Shown piece by piece: positions 34,747 through 42,424 of a DNA stretch of 64,000 nucleotides (positions within the stretch are counted from its first letter, which is position 1; every line of letters starts with the position of its first letter). The stretch is taken from positions 34,869-98,868 of the forward strand of contig JBAYIN010000002.1 in NCBI GenBank assembly GCA_041665585.1, given 5' to 3'. Made by a program: the position numbers and the translations under genes. Origin of the DNA: Patescibacteria group bacterium (GTDB lineage: Bacteria; Patescibacteriota; Gracilibacteria; JAHISY01). The notes below the pieces were generated by a model, which was given only the letters and a program-made list of their open reading frames with translations, ran no database searches and was not told where the DNA came from.

Positions 34747-35257
34747 AGTTCAAAACTAAACACAAACACGAACTCTTCACATCTCATCTCATCTTCAAAA
34801 AAACCTTTCGGGTAGGAAGCGAGTCCGGTCAAATTTTTGTTTGTTTTGGCATTCGGGTTCGTCCCGAGTCCTGCCGAAGTTAATTCAAAAATTTTCTTCG
34901 ACAGAATCCGTGACAGACAGACTGGGCTCACTTCCTACTTTTCGATCGCGGATCGCGCCGAAACGATCCCGCCACCGAAAGGCAATTTTCTTTCGCGAGT
35001 CATTTTCACCTAAAAAATCTAAACGGCTCGAGAACAGAAAGATTGATGGTCGCTTCGGCGACTTACAATCGGAGAGGTAGCTCCAAAATCTACCGAAGAA
35101 GAGTGGGAACGCGAGAGGCTCGGCCCCTCACGCAGCCCGCACGAAATCGTAATTTTTCGCTTCAAATTTGAAACTAATTTGAGTGCGAGGATTTCATTCG
35201 AGCGGATCAAACCCCCTTGTTGGATTATAAATTTTCTGACGAGGGGGTTTTGTTTTT
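34747..35257 (+). ncRNA. candidate structured non-coding RNA of unknown class (about 510 nt)
   Basis: The 700-bp gap has no convincing ORF. A promoter lies upstream. Nested helices can be drawn by hand: a ~19-bp closing stem GGTAGGAAGCGAGTCCGGTC/GACTGGGCTCACTTCCTAC, a GTCGC-UUCG-GCGAC tetraloop hairpin, GGTAG/CTACC and GCGGATCG/CGATCCCGC. It ends in a stem followed by a T-run. Confidence 0.4.
35208..35257 (+). terminator. terminator-like stem-loop followed by a T-run
   Basis: AAACCCCCT...AGGGGGTTT followed by TGTTTTT. The loop is large (~24 nt). Confidence 0.45.
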
Positions 35258-35302
35258 CAGGAGTAAGGAGTAAGGAATAAGAAGTAAGAAAATAATGGGT
35301 AG

Positions 35303-35322
35303 AGACGAGGCATGCCTCGTCT
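35303..35322. terminator. perfect 20-bp palindrome downstream of the yraN-like gene
   Basis: AGACGAGGCATGCCTCGTCT, 12 nt beyond the yraN-like stop. Confidence 0.4.
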
Positions 35323-35334
35323 GCGTGCTTTTCC

Positions 35335-35673
35335 TCAAATTCCTTTCAACCACTTCAATTTGCCGTCTTCGATCGTGATGAGATCAACCCGCCAGTCGGA
35401 ATTTTCGAGTGAATTTTCGAGCAGAAATTTTTGACCCGCCGCGGCAATTTTGGCTAATTTCGCTTCGCCGACCGCCTCGACCGCCGCGCCAAATTTCGCC
35501 GAGCGTCGCGCTTTCACTTCGACGAAGACGATCTCTGCACCGTCGCGGCAAATCAAATCGACCTCGCCGTCTTTGGAATGAAAATTCGTTTTCAAAATCT
35601 CAAGTCCCCGACTCACGAGAAATTTGCCAGCCAGAATTTCACCGTCATTTCCAAAATTCTTTTTGAAGCTCAT
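35335..35673 (-). CDS. YraN family (UPF0102) endonuclease-like protein
   Basis: GEVDLICRDGAEIVFVEVKAR motif. An internal ATG (MSFKKNFG...) is preferred as the start. Confidence 0.8.
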   Translation of the reverse strand: MSFKKNFGNDGEILAGKFLVSRGLEILKTNFHSKDGEVDLICRDGAEIVFVEVKARRSAKFGAAVEAVGEAKLAKIAAAGQKFLLENSLENSDWRVDLITIEDGKLKWLKGI

Positions 35674-35727
35674 TTTGTTAAAATCAACGCGCCTCAATCT
35701 TAAATCATAAATCGACAATCTTAAATT

Positions 35728-36516
35728 ATGCGCATCCTTTTTTTCGGCGATATTTACGGCAAATTCGGACGCATCGGTCTGAAAGAAATTTTGCCGAAAT
35801 TACTTGAGAAATTTCAGCCCGACTTCGTCCTCGCGAATGCCGAAAATCTCGCGCACGGTCGTGGTCCGACTGAGCGCCAGCTCGCCGAACTCGCTGCGGC
35901 TGGCATCGACGGCTTCACGAGCGGCAACCATATTTTCGACGCGGCGGGCTACGAAGAACTCTTCGCGAAAAATGCTTTTCCGCTCGCACGCCCCGCGAAT
36001 TATCCGGACGGTGTACCCGGTCACGGTTTTTTTGTCTTAAAGAAAGCTGACCAAAAACTTTTTGTTGGTAATTTAATGGGACGAATTTTCATGGGCGATC
36101 CGCTCGATAATCCATTTTTTGCCGCAGAAAAATTGATTGCCGAAGCCAAGAAATTGAAAATCAAAAATATTTTTCTCGACTTTCACGCCGAAGCGACGAG
36201 TGAAAAATCGATGCTCGGACATTTTCTCGATGGCAAAGTGAGCGCCATCGTCGGCACACACACGCATGTGCAAACCGCCGACGAACGGATTTTGCCGAAT
36301 GGCACAGCCTTCATCTCGGACGCCGGATTTTGCGGCGTGCTGAATTCCGCGATTGGCGCGAAACCGGAAGCCGCGCTCAAAAGATTTTTGACGCAGCTCC
36401 CTGCCAAACTCGAAATGGCGGAAGGTCGCCCAATCGTCGTCTCGGGCGTTTTTATTGAAACCGATGCAAGCGGAAAAGCTCTGAAAATCGAGCGCATTTA
36501 CGAGCTTGTCGAATGA
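35728..36516 (+). CDS. YmdB-like (TIGR00282) metallophosphoesterase
   Basis: MRILFFGDIYGKFGR...ANAENLAHGRG...GTHTHVQTADERIL. Confidence 0.85.
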   Translation: MRILFFGDIYGKFGRIGLKEILPKLLEKFQPDFVLANAENLAHGRGPTERQLAELAAAGIDGFTSGNHIFDAAGYEELFAKNAFPLARPANYPDGVPGHGFFVLKKADQKLFVGNLMGRIFMGDPLDNPFFAAEKLIAEAKKLKIKNIFLDFHAEATSEKSMLGHFLDGKVSAIVGTHTHVQTADERILPNGTAFISDAGFCGVLNSAIGAKPEAALKRFLTQLPAKLEMAEGRPIVVSGVFIETDASGKALKIERIYELVE

Positions 36517-36621
36517 ATACGGACTTTTCGAAAATTCAAAATGCTCGCTGGCTTGACCGAGAAAGCGATTTACCAAAAACTCGGCGAGCAGTATTTGTCA
36601 CCCGAGAAGAGAGTTTTAGAT

Positions 36622-36649
36622 TTGACAAAATAGATTTAGATAATAAAAT
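36622..36649 (+). promoter_or_regulatory. sigma70-like promoter
   Basis: TTGACA, 16 nt, TAAAAT, 25 nt upstream of the 36675 ATG. Confidence 0.55.
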
Positions 36650-36674
36650 CAAACCTTCTTTTAAGAATTAAAAA

Positions 36675-37145
36675 ATGTCCGAAATCCCACGGCTAATGCC
36701 AGAAACAGGAGAAAGAGGAAGAATAATTGAACAGCTATTAGTTGCTGAAGCTCGTCTGCCAGATAAATTAGACTTGAGGTTTATTCGAGAGTCCGGTGAT
36801 TTTTTTAGGATTGACCAGCTACTGTCTACAGCAGAAGATCAAATTAACAGCGCTATTCGCGCAATAGAAGGAGATGTTCTTCTATCGCGTCGTTTTTATA
36901 GAAAAATAGAAGATGTTTGCCAAATACCTGCTGCCCAAATGGAAATAGCTGAGACGCGCATAAAAGATTATCAGAGCTTGTCAAAAAACAATCTCAACGA
37001 AAGCAACCTAAAAAAATTAATTACTGCCTACAATCAAATTATTTTTTATCTTCAAAATCTTAAAAGCTTGAAAGAAGAAAAACTCAAGAGCCCAAAGCCG
37101 AAACATTTAAAAGATTTACGATTCGAGATCGATGGTATTTTTTAG
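36675..37145 (+). CDS. orphan 156-aa protein
   Basis: AT-rich ORF, predicted helical; no family recognised. Confidence 0.5.
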   Translation: MSEIPRLMPETGERGRIIEQLLVAEARLPDKLDLRFIRESGDFFRIDQLLSTAEDQINSAIRAIEGDVLLSRRFYRKIEDVCQIPAAQMEIAETRIKDYQSLSKNNLNESNLKKLITAYNQIIFYLQNLKSLKEEKLKSPKPKHLKDLRFEIDGIF

Positions 37146-37173
37146 TTTAAAAAGTTGAGATTACGCTTTTCTT

Positions 37174-37281
37174 CTTGTCATTCCCGACCTAATCGGTAAT
37201 CCAGAATTTTAGATCGCGAAGCATTTTCCTGGATCCCCGCCTGCGCCCCAAAGGGGCCACTTCGTGGCGGGGAAGACAATG
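37174..37281. repeat. about 108-bp MITE-like palindromic element between convergent genes
   Basis: Imperfect terminal inverted repeats CTTGTCATTCCCGACC / GGCGGGGAAGACAATG. Inner pairs are ATCCAG/CTGGAT and CCCCGCC...GGCGGGG, with GCCCC-AAA-GGGGC. Confidence 0.6.
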
Positions 37282-37294
37282 CAGGTGCACTCAT

Positions 37295-38416
37295 TCAACT
37301 AATGATTTCTCCCAGTCTTCCGCTCATCCGCGCCGCGTTGACTTCCATCGCGATTCTTTCACCCATCGCGACTGGTCGGCCGAAGAGATAAGACGAGTAT
37401 GGCGTCGCGGCGATGCCTGGACTGCCCGGCATGCGGAAGGAAACATCGAAGACGACCAGCTCTTCTTTTTTGCCGTCCGTCTCGATCGCACCCTGGAGCG
37501 CGAAAGGTCCGACGATGCCCTTGGGATTGTATTTTTTACAAATCTCGACGAAGCGCGAACCGGCTTCAAAAGCCTTTTCTAGCAGACTTTCTTTGACTGT
37601 CGCGGCGATGTGTCCGGTCTCGATGTGACTCGGCAAGATTCCGGCCGCGCTCAATTTCATCTGTTCATTCGCCGGCAGCCTCAACCAGCCATCGAGATTC
37701 GTCTGACGGCGCGTATCCGTCCCGAGTAATTCCAGCCGATTCGAAAGCGGCGAATAAAAGAAATTAAAATTGATCGGCGCGCCGAGGATGAATTCCTCAA
37801 TCACGGCTTTCGCAATTCCCTCTTGGGAAATCTGCCCGGCCGCCAATTTTTCCGCAATCGTTCTTTCCCATTCAACCTTCGAACTGGCGAAAAAATTCTC
37901 GCGCTCAAATGTGCGCGTCGCGTTCGGAATTTTGGTCAAAGTCAGCCGATCAATTTCTTCGGCTGATTTGAAAATTTTGGGAATCCGAATTTTCGCCGCT
38001 TCGAGTACATCGTACTGATTCGGTTTTTCGTCTCTTTCTTCGAGTCGCAGAAGTTCGCGCGTCCCGAGAATCGGCACATGAAAATCATTTTCGACTTTGG
38101 CGAAATCGTCGAAATAGACCCAGAAATAGCGCGAATGTACGAATAGAACATTCAACTTACGCAGCTGTTCTTGAATTTCCGGCTTGAGAATGTCGGCGAA
38201 TTCATCGACTAGAATTACCTCATCGACCACGCCAGTCTCCGTCTTGGGATCGAACTTGAGAAATTCAGAGTAAGTTTTTTCACGACCGCGTTTCGCGACG
38301 ACGACTGACTTGAGCCCCTGCCGTTTCGCACCAAGCGAAGTTTCGAGCGCGGAATGTCCGCCGAGCGAAGCAATCGCAAGATTTTCTAAATCGTAACCCT
38401 GAAGTAAATCTTTCAA
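37295..38416 (-). CDS. PurP-like ATP-grasp protein (FAICAR synthetase family), divergent paralog
   Basis: 373 aa. N-terminus IASLGGHSALETSLGAKRQGL parallels the PurP motif IATIGSHSALQILKGAKDEGF of the neighbouring gene. Confidence 0.65.
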   Translation of the reverse strand: MKDLLQGYDLENLAIASLGGHSALETSLGAKRQGLKSVVVAKRGREKTYSEFLKFDPKTETGVVDEVILVDEFADILKPEIQEQLRKLNVLFVHSRYFWVYFDDFAKVENDFHVPILGTRELLRLEERDEKPNQYDVLEAAKIRIPKIFKSAEEIDRLTLTKIPNATRTFERENFFASSKVEWERTIAEKLAAGQISQEGIAKAVIEEFILGAPINFNFFYSPLSNRLELLGTDTRRQTNLDGWLRLPANEQMKLSAAGILPSHIETGHIAATVKESLLEKAFEAGSRFVEICKKYNPKGIVGPFALQGAIETDGKKEELVVFDVSFRMPGSPGIAATPYSSYLFGRPVAMGERIAMEVNAARMSGRLGEIIS

Positions 38417-38428
38417 TGTGGAAATAAT

Positions 38429-38794
38429 TTAATGATTCAATGCTTTGGTAGTGGTCGCGAGAATTTTACCGCTAATTTTAGCAAGTTCCTCACAGTCCGC
38501 CAAAAATGATTCAGCCAAATCAGCAGGAATGTAATCCGAGTCACGCAGAAGTTTTAACCAAAAAATTGTTTCGCAAACTTCCTTGTAGGCTGTCGACATT
38601 TTCGCCCGAAATTCTTTTTTCGATTGTGAACCAGTCGCCTCCGCGACATTCGCCCCGATTGAAGTTCCACTCCGCAAAATCTGTTTTCCAAGCGTGAATT
38701 CCTTTTTTTCGTGAATCAAAAATTGATAAAGCTTCACAATCCTCAATGCAAACTGATAACTTTTTTCTGCAATTGCATTACTCTTTTGAATCAT
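38429..38794 (-). CDS. four-helix-bundle protein (23S rRNA intervening-sequence protein / TIGR02436 family)
   Basis: 121 aa with LRSGTSIGANVAEA...SKKEF..K...A.KE..ET.FWL.L motifs. Confidence 0.8.
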   Translation of the reverse strand: MIQKSNAIAEKSYQFALRIVKLYQFLIHEKKEFTLGKQILRSGTSIGANVAEATGSQSKKEFRAKMSTAYKEVCETIFWLKLLRDSDYIPADLAESFLADCEELAKISGKILATTTKALNH

Positions 38795-38841
38795 TCCATT
38801 ATTTAATTATTGGATTATTGAATTATTGAATCATTCGCTAT

Positions 38842-39852
38842 TCACCCGAGGACTTTATCGAGACAATTTTGCTCAAGCGCTATTTTGATTTCGCGCGCGA
38901 TTCTGCGACCAGTCGACATCGGCTCGTTGTATTTGAGGAAAGTATAAGGCGAGCCGGCGATGTAGGGATTCGTCCCAGCGACGATGCGCGCTGAGATTTC
39001 GAAAACCGTCAGAATCAAATCAGAAGTGACGATTCCCTCCAAACAAAATGGTCCGAAAAGTCCCGGCGCTTCGAGCTTTTGCGATTGCTCGACCACGCGC
39101 GTGCCAATCTTGATGAAATACGGCAGTAAAGATTCGCGGACGACGAGCGGAATGTTGCCGACGATGGTGTAGCTCGTCTGCAAATTGGTCGTAATCTGAT
39201 CGGTCGCCGCGACACGCCCGATTGAGTCGGCGTTCGATTCGTAGCGTTTGTCGAAACCGAGAATCTCCAATTCCCCTGTAATTCTCGAGTAAAAATAGTG
39301 GACATAAATCGGCACACCGACGACATATTCTTGAATCGTGAATTTTTCGTCCGGATGCGCTGCGATTCTCTTATAAAATTCCGCAGTCGAATTCGCGAGG
39401 AAATAACCGCGTCCGCCGCGTGCGCCGTGAAATTTCACAATTACCGGTCGGTCGATTTTTTCGGGCGAATCGAAGATGAGCGGCATTTTGATCTTGGCGG
39501 CAGTCAACCACTTCTCCTGCTTGCCCCGATCCGATTCCCAGTCGAGAATATTTTTGTTGCCAAAATGGTCAACTTTCAGCTGCTTAATTTTGTCAGTCTT
39601 CAGATATTCCACGAATGAGCCGTGCGGAATCACAATCGCATTCTCGGCAATCAACTGTTTTTCAATCTTCAGAAAATCGCGGAAGCTGTCAATCTCGATG
39701 ATTTTGTCCGCAACCGGAAACATTTTGTAAGGCGCGACGCGTTTGCGCTCACAAACACAAATCGTCTCGAAACCCTCATCTTTCGCGCCCTTGAGAATTT
39801 GCAGAGCGGAATGGCTGCCAATCGTCGCGATTTTTTTGGGAAGTTTGAGCAT
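38842..39852 (-). CDS. purP: 5-formaminoimidazole-4-carboxamide ribonucleotide synthetase (archaeal-type PurP)
   Basis: 336 aa. IATIGSHSALQILKGAKDEGF and an ATP-grasp C-terminal half (family recalled from memory). Confidence 0.75.
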   Translation of the reverse strand: MLKLPKKIATIGSHSALQILKGAKDEGFETICVCERKRVAPYKMFPVADKIIEIDSFRDFLKIEKQLIAENAIVIPHGSFVEYLKTDKIKQLKVDHFGNKNILDWESDRGKQEKWLTAAKIKMPLIFDSPEKIDRPVIVKFHGARGGRGYFLANSTAEFYKRIAAHPDEKFTIQEYVVGVPIYVHYFYSRITGELEILGFDKRYESNADSIGRVAATDQITTNLQTSYTIVGNIPLVVRESLLPYFIKIGTRVVEQSQKLEAPGLFGPFCLEGIVTSDLILTVFEISARIVAGTNPYIAGSPYTFLKYNEPMSTGRRIAREIKIALEQNCLDKVLG

Positions 39853-39934
39853 TTTTTGGATTTGGTTGATTATAGCAAAAGAGCGCGCTGGATGGAAAAA
39901 CTTGACTGAGAATTAGATTTAAAAACTCCGTGCT

Positions 39935-40483
39935 TTATTCTCGGACAATTTGATTATCAGCTAAAAATCTAGTGATTTTATCTGGGTTAGAAATCGCCAA
40001 AATTTCATTTCCGTCTAAGAGTTTTCTTCCTTGAATGACAAACCTCAAAAATACGGCTACATTTAAGCCTTTTTCTTGAACAATCTGCAAAATTTCCGGT
40101 CGATCAAAACTAACCCTTCTGATCCAATCATAGCCACTATAAAAAACTAAACCTAAATTATTATCTCCCCAAGGAAGCGTCTCAACTTTGATCTCGTCGG
40201 CAAAACTAATATGAAGCAATAAACAAAGATCTCGAATTGCGGTCTCTTTTTCTGTTTCTTGCTCTTGAGTTGTGAATAAATGATTTTTCGACTTAAGGGC
40301 AATGTCTGGTTTTGGCTGACTCATCGCCTCAACCATAGCTCGGACTGTCCGCCTTCGATATTCTGCAGCTTTCTCACGATTAGCGGCAGCCCGCTCAAGC
40401 TGAGCGACAAATATCCTAAGGTCTGTCTGACTCCAAGGACTGCTTTGTCGCTCATTACCTTCCAATCTATTCCCAGTTTTCAT
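39935..40483 (-). CDS. orphan 182-aa protein (gene A)
   Basis: AT-rich ORF. A decayed fragment of its middle part recurs at 40618-40683. Confidence 0.5.
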   Translation of the reverse strand: MKTGNRLEGNERQSSPWSQTDLRIFVAQLERAAANREKAAEYRRRTVRAMVEAMSQPKPDIALKSKNHLFTTQEQETEKETAIRDLCLLLHISFADEIKVETLPWGDNNLGLVFYSGYDWIRRVSFDRPEILQIVQEKGLNVAVFLRFVIQGRKLLDGNEILAISNPDKITRFLADNQIVRE

Positions 40484-40617
40484 TTTTTAACATTAAAAAT
40501 AAGGTGAGATTCTAGTCCACAATATCTGAAAAACAAAATTAGTCCGAAATAAATCCTGCGATTGCCGAGGTCGCGACGATGCGCGGCGACGCCAAATAAA
40601 CTTCGGATTCTTTCGAG
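40481..40617. repeat. 137-bp direct repeat, copy 1 (about 95% identical to 40993-41129)
   Basis: Starts at the gene A start codon. Contains a relic of the last 79 nt of the leuC-like gene. Confidence 0.9.
40539..40617 (-). pseudogene. duplicated 3'-terminal fragment of the leuC-like gene
   Basis: Identical to 41051-41129 at an offset of 512 bp, with no upstream coding continuation. Confidence 0.8.
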
Positions 40618-40683
40618 CCTTTTTCTTGGATAATCTTCAAAATTTTTGATCAATCAAAACTAAACCTAAATTACAATCTCTCT
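40618..40683 (-). pseudogene. decayed fragment of gene A
   Basis: Aligns to 40067-40170 with a 37-bp deletion between aaaactaa direct repeats. Confidence 0.6.
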
Positions 40684-40701
40684 CCTTGCTTAAAAAAATT
40701 T

Positions 40702-40995
40702 TTATTTAAAAAACGATCTACCCTGATTGTTGCGACTAAAACCACCTCGCACAATGAGCAAATTTTCGAGCGTAATTTTTGGGCTAAAACTCCTGTGATT
40801 AATAATATTTCCTGCCAGCCTCGCGACCACACTACCATCTCGCGCCCGAGGAAGCGGTTGAAGATTTTCATCAAGATTAGCTTGCAAAATCCGAATAACA
40901 GCCTCCCTAGTCTCATCCTCCAACTTCTGGGAAAGCTTATTTACTCTATCGATAACAATCTGAAGGCTTGTTTTTATCTCCGGCGACTGAGGCAT
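40702..40995 (-). CDS. orphan 97-aa protein (gene B) bracketed by the 137-bp repeats
   Basis: ORF with the same leader and start context as gene A but a different body. Confidence 0.4.
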   Translation of the reverse strand: MPQSPEIKTSLQIVIDRVNKLSQKLEDETREAVIRILQANLDENLQPLPRARDGSVVARLAGNIINHRSFSPKITLENLLIVRGGFSRNNQGRSFFK

Positions 40996-41129
40996 TTTTA
41001 AGCATTAAAAATAAGGTGAAATTTTAGCTCACAATATCTGAAAAACAAAATTAGTCCGAAATAAATCCTGCGATTGCCGAGGTCGCGACGATGCGCGGCG
41101 ACGCCAAATAAACTTCGGATTCTTTCGAA
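40993..41129. repeat. 137-bp direct repeat, copy 2
   Basis: Spans the gene B start codon, the spacer and the true 3' end of the leuC-like gene. Confidence 0.9.
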
Positions 41130-42304
41130 CCCATGCGTCCGACGAAGTTACGATTAGTCGAAGCGATCGCGCGCTCACCGGCTGCGAGAACTCCCATGTG
41201 TCCGCCAAGACAAGCACCGCAGGTCGGTGTCGAAATCGTCGCTCCCGCCGCTGTGAAAATCTTGAAGAGTCCTTCGTCCTCAGCCTGATTCCAGATCTTG
41301 GTCGTCGCCGGCACGACAATCATGCGCACGCCGTCCGCAATTTTTTTATTTTTCAAAACTGCTGCCGCCTCACGCAAATCCTGAATGCGACCATTCGTAC
41401 AGCTCCCCAAATAAGCTTGGTCGATTTTAATCTTGTCTTTTTTCGCTGCCGAAATCGACTTGGCATTCGAAGGTAAGTGCGGATAAGCGACCATTGGCTC
41501 AAGCGCGGAAACATCTATTTCCAAAGTCTTTTCGTAATGAGCGTCTGAATCAGACTGCAAAACTGTGAAATCGCGGCAGCCACGCGCCTCAACATAATCG
41601 ATGGTTTTTTGATCAGGATTGATCAAGCCGGAGGTCGCGCCCGCTTCGACTGCCATGTTCGAGAAAACGACGCGATCTTCGACTTCGAGTGAATCAATCA
41701 GTTCGCCGCCAAATTCAATCACGCGATCAGTCGCCCCAGCGACTCCGAGCTGGCGGATGACTTCGAGCATCGCGTCTTTCGCGAAAACTCCCGGCTGTAA
41801 TTTGCCAATCAAATTGACGCGAATGGTCTTCGGCACCTCGAGCCAAACTTCGCCCGTCGCAATCGCCGCCGCGACATCGGTCGTCCCGACACCGAAGGCG
41901 AGCGCACCGACGACACCATGAGTGCAGGTGTGCGAGTCCCCCGCGATGGCGACCATCCCCGGTCCGATGTGACCATTTTCGAGAAAAATCGTGTGGCAAA
42001 CTCCGTGTCGCCCAATCGGATAATAATTTTTGATGCCAACTCGGCGCACCCACTCATCCAATTTTTTCGCGAGAGTTGCGGATTTTTCGTCTTTCGCCGG
42101 AACGAAATGATCAGGCGTGACGACAATTTTGGCTGGATCAAAAACCCTGGAAATACCGCGTTTTTCTAGCATCGTGAGCGCCGGCGGCGTCGTCACTTCG
42201 TGACACAGCAATCGGTCAAGACGGATTTTGACGAAACCGCCTTCACGCGCAGCGCCAGAGATTAAATTTTTCGCGATGATTTTTTCGACTAAAGTTTGAG
42301 ACAT
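41051..42304 (-). CDS. leuC: aconitase-family dehydratase large subunit (3-isopropylmalate dehydratase / homoaconitase type)
   Basis: 417 aa with DRLLCHEVTTP, GDSHTCTHG and GSCTNGR Fe-S ligand motifs. No small-subunit gene is adjacent. Confidence 0.85.
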   Translation of the reverse strand: MSQTLVEKIIAKNLISGAAREGGFVKIRLDRLLCHEVTTPPALTMLEKRGISRVFDPAKIVVTPDHFVPAKDEKSATLAKKLDEWVRRVGIKNYYPIGRHGVCHTIFLENGHIGPGMVAIAGDSHTCTHGVVGALAFGVGTTDVAAAIATGEVWLEVPKTIRVNLIGKLQPGVFAKDAMLEVIRQLGVAGATDRVIEFGGELIDSLEVEDRVVFSNMAVEAGATSGLINPDQKTIDYVEARGCRDFTVLQSDSDAHYEKTLEIDVSALEPMVAYPHLPSNAKSISAAKKDKIKIDQAYLGSCTNGRIQDLREAAAVLKNKKIADGVRMIVVPATTKIWNQAEDEGLFKIFTAAGATISTPTCGACLGGHMGVLAAGERAIASTNRNFVGRMGSKESEVYLASPRIVATSAIAGFISD

Positions 42305-42363
42305 GGGAGCATTTTATCACTTATTTTATAAAATATAATTAGCTTCTAGTCAATGTATTCAAT

Positions 42364-42392
42364 TTGACTTGAAATGACCTTTCCGCTAAGAT
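42364..42392 (+). promoter_or_regulatory. sigma70-like promoter
   Basis: TTGACT, 17 nt, TAAGAT, upstream of 42425. Confidence 0.5.
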
Positions 42393-42424
42393 AACATGAT
42401 TTCTTATTTTCTAACTTAAGAAAA

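Noticed and set aside
34811-34938. RNase P RNA. GGAAGCGAGTCCGG and GACAGACAGACTGGGCTCA resemble the two strands of the P4 helix (GAGGAAAGUCCGG / ACAGAA..CGGCUUA).
   Set aside because: Only about 90 nt separate the two strands, against roughly 280 nt in real RNase P RNA. There are no P2/P3 helices, and I found no GGUAA/AGGGUGAAA-type J11/12 elements anywhere in the locus. I kept it as an unclassified ncRNA candidate instead.
34712-35257. tmRNA, SRP (4.5S) RNA, or a cobalamin riboswitch (CCCGCCACCG resembles the B12 box).
   Set aside because: There is no GGGG...CCACCA acceptor pairing or canonical T-arm, as tmRNA would need. There is no GUCAGGUCCGGAAGGAAGCAGC motif, as SRP RNA would need. The single B12-box-like decamer lacks the rest of the riboswitch core, and no gene follows on that strand.
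36541-36633. 30-aa ORF MLAGLTEKAIYQKLGEQYLSPEKRVLDLTK downstream of the ymdB-like gene.
   Set aside because: It is very short, has no motif, and its 3' end overlaps the predicted promoter of the next gene. It may be a gene remnant, but there is nothing to support a call.
38429-38794. The four-helix-bundle gene as the Avd component of a diversity-generating retroelement.
   Set aside because: No reverse transcriptase gene and no template/variable repeat pair are visible anywhere in the window.
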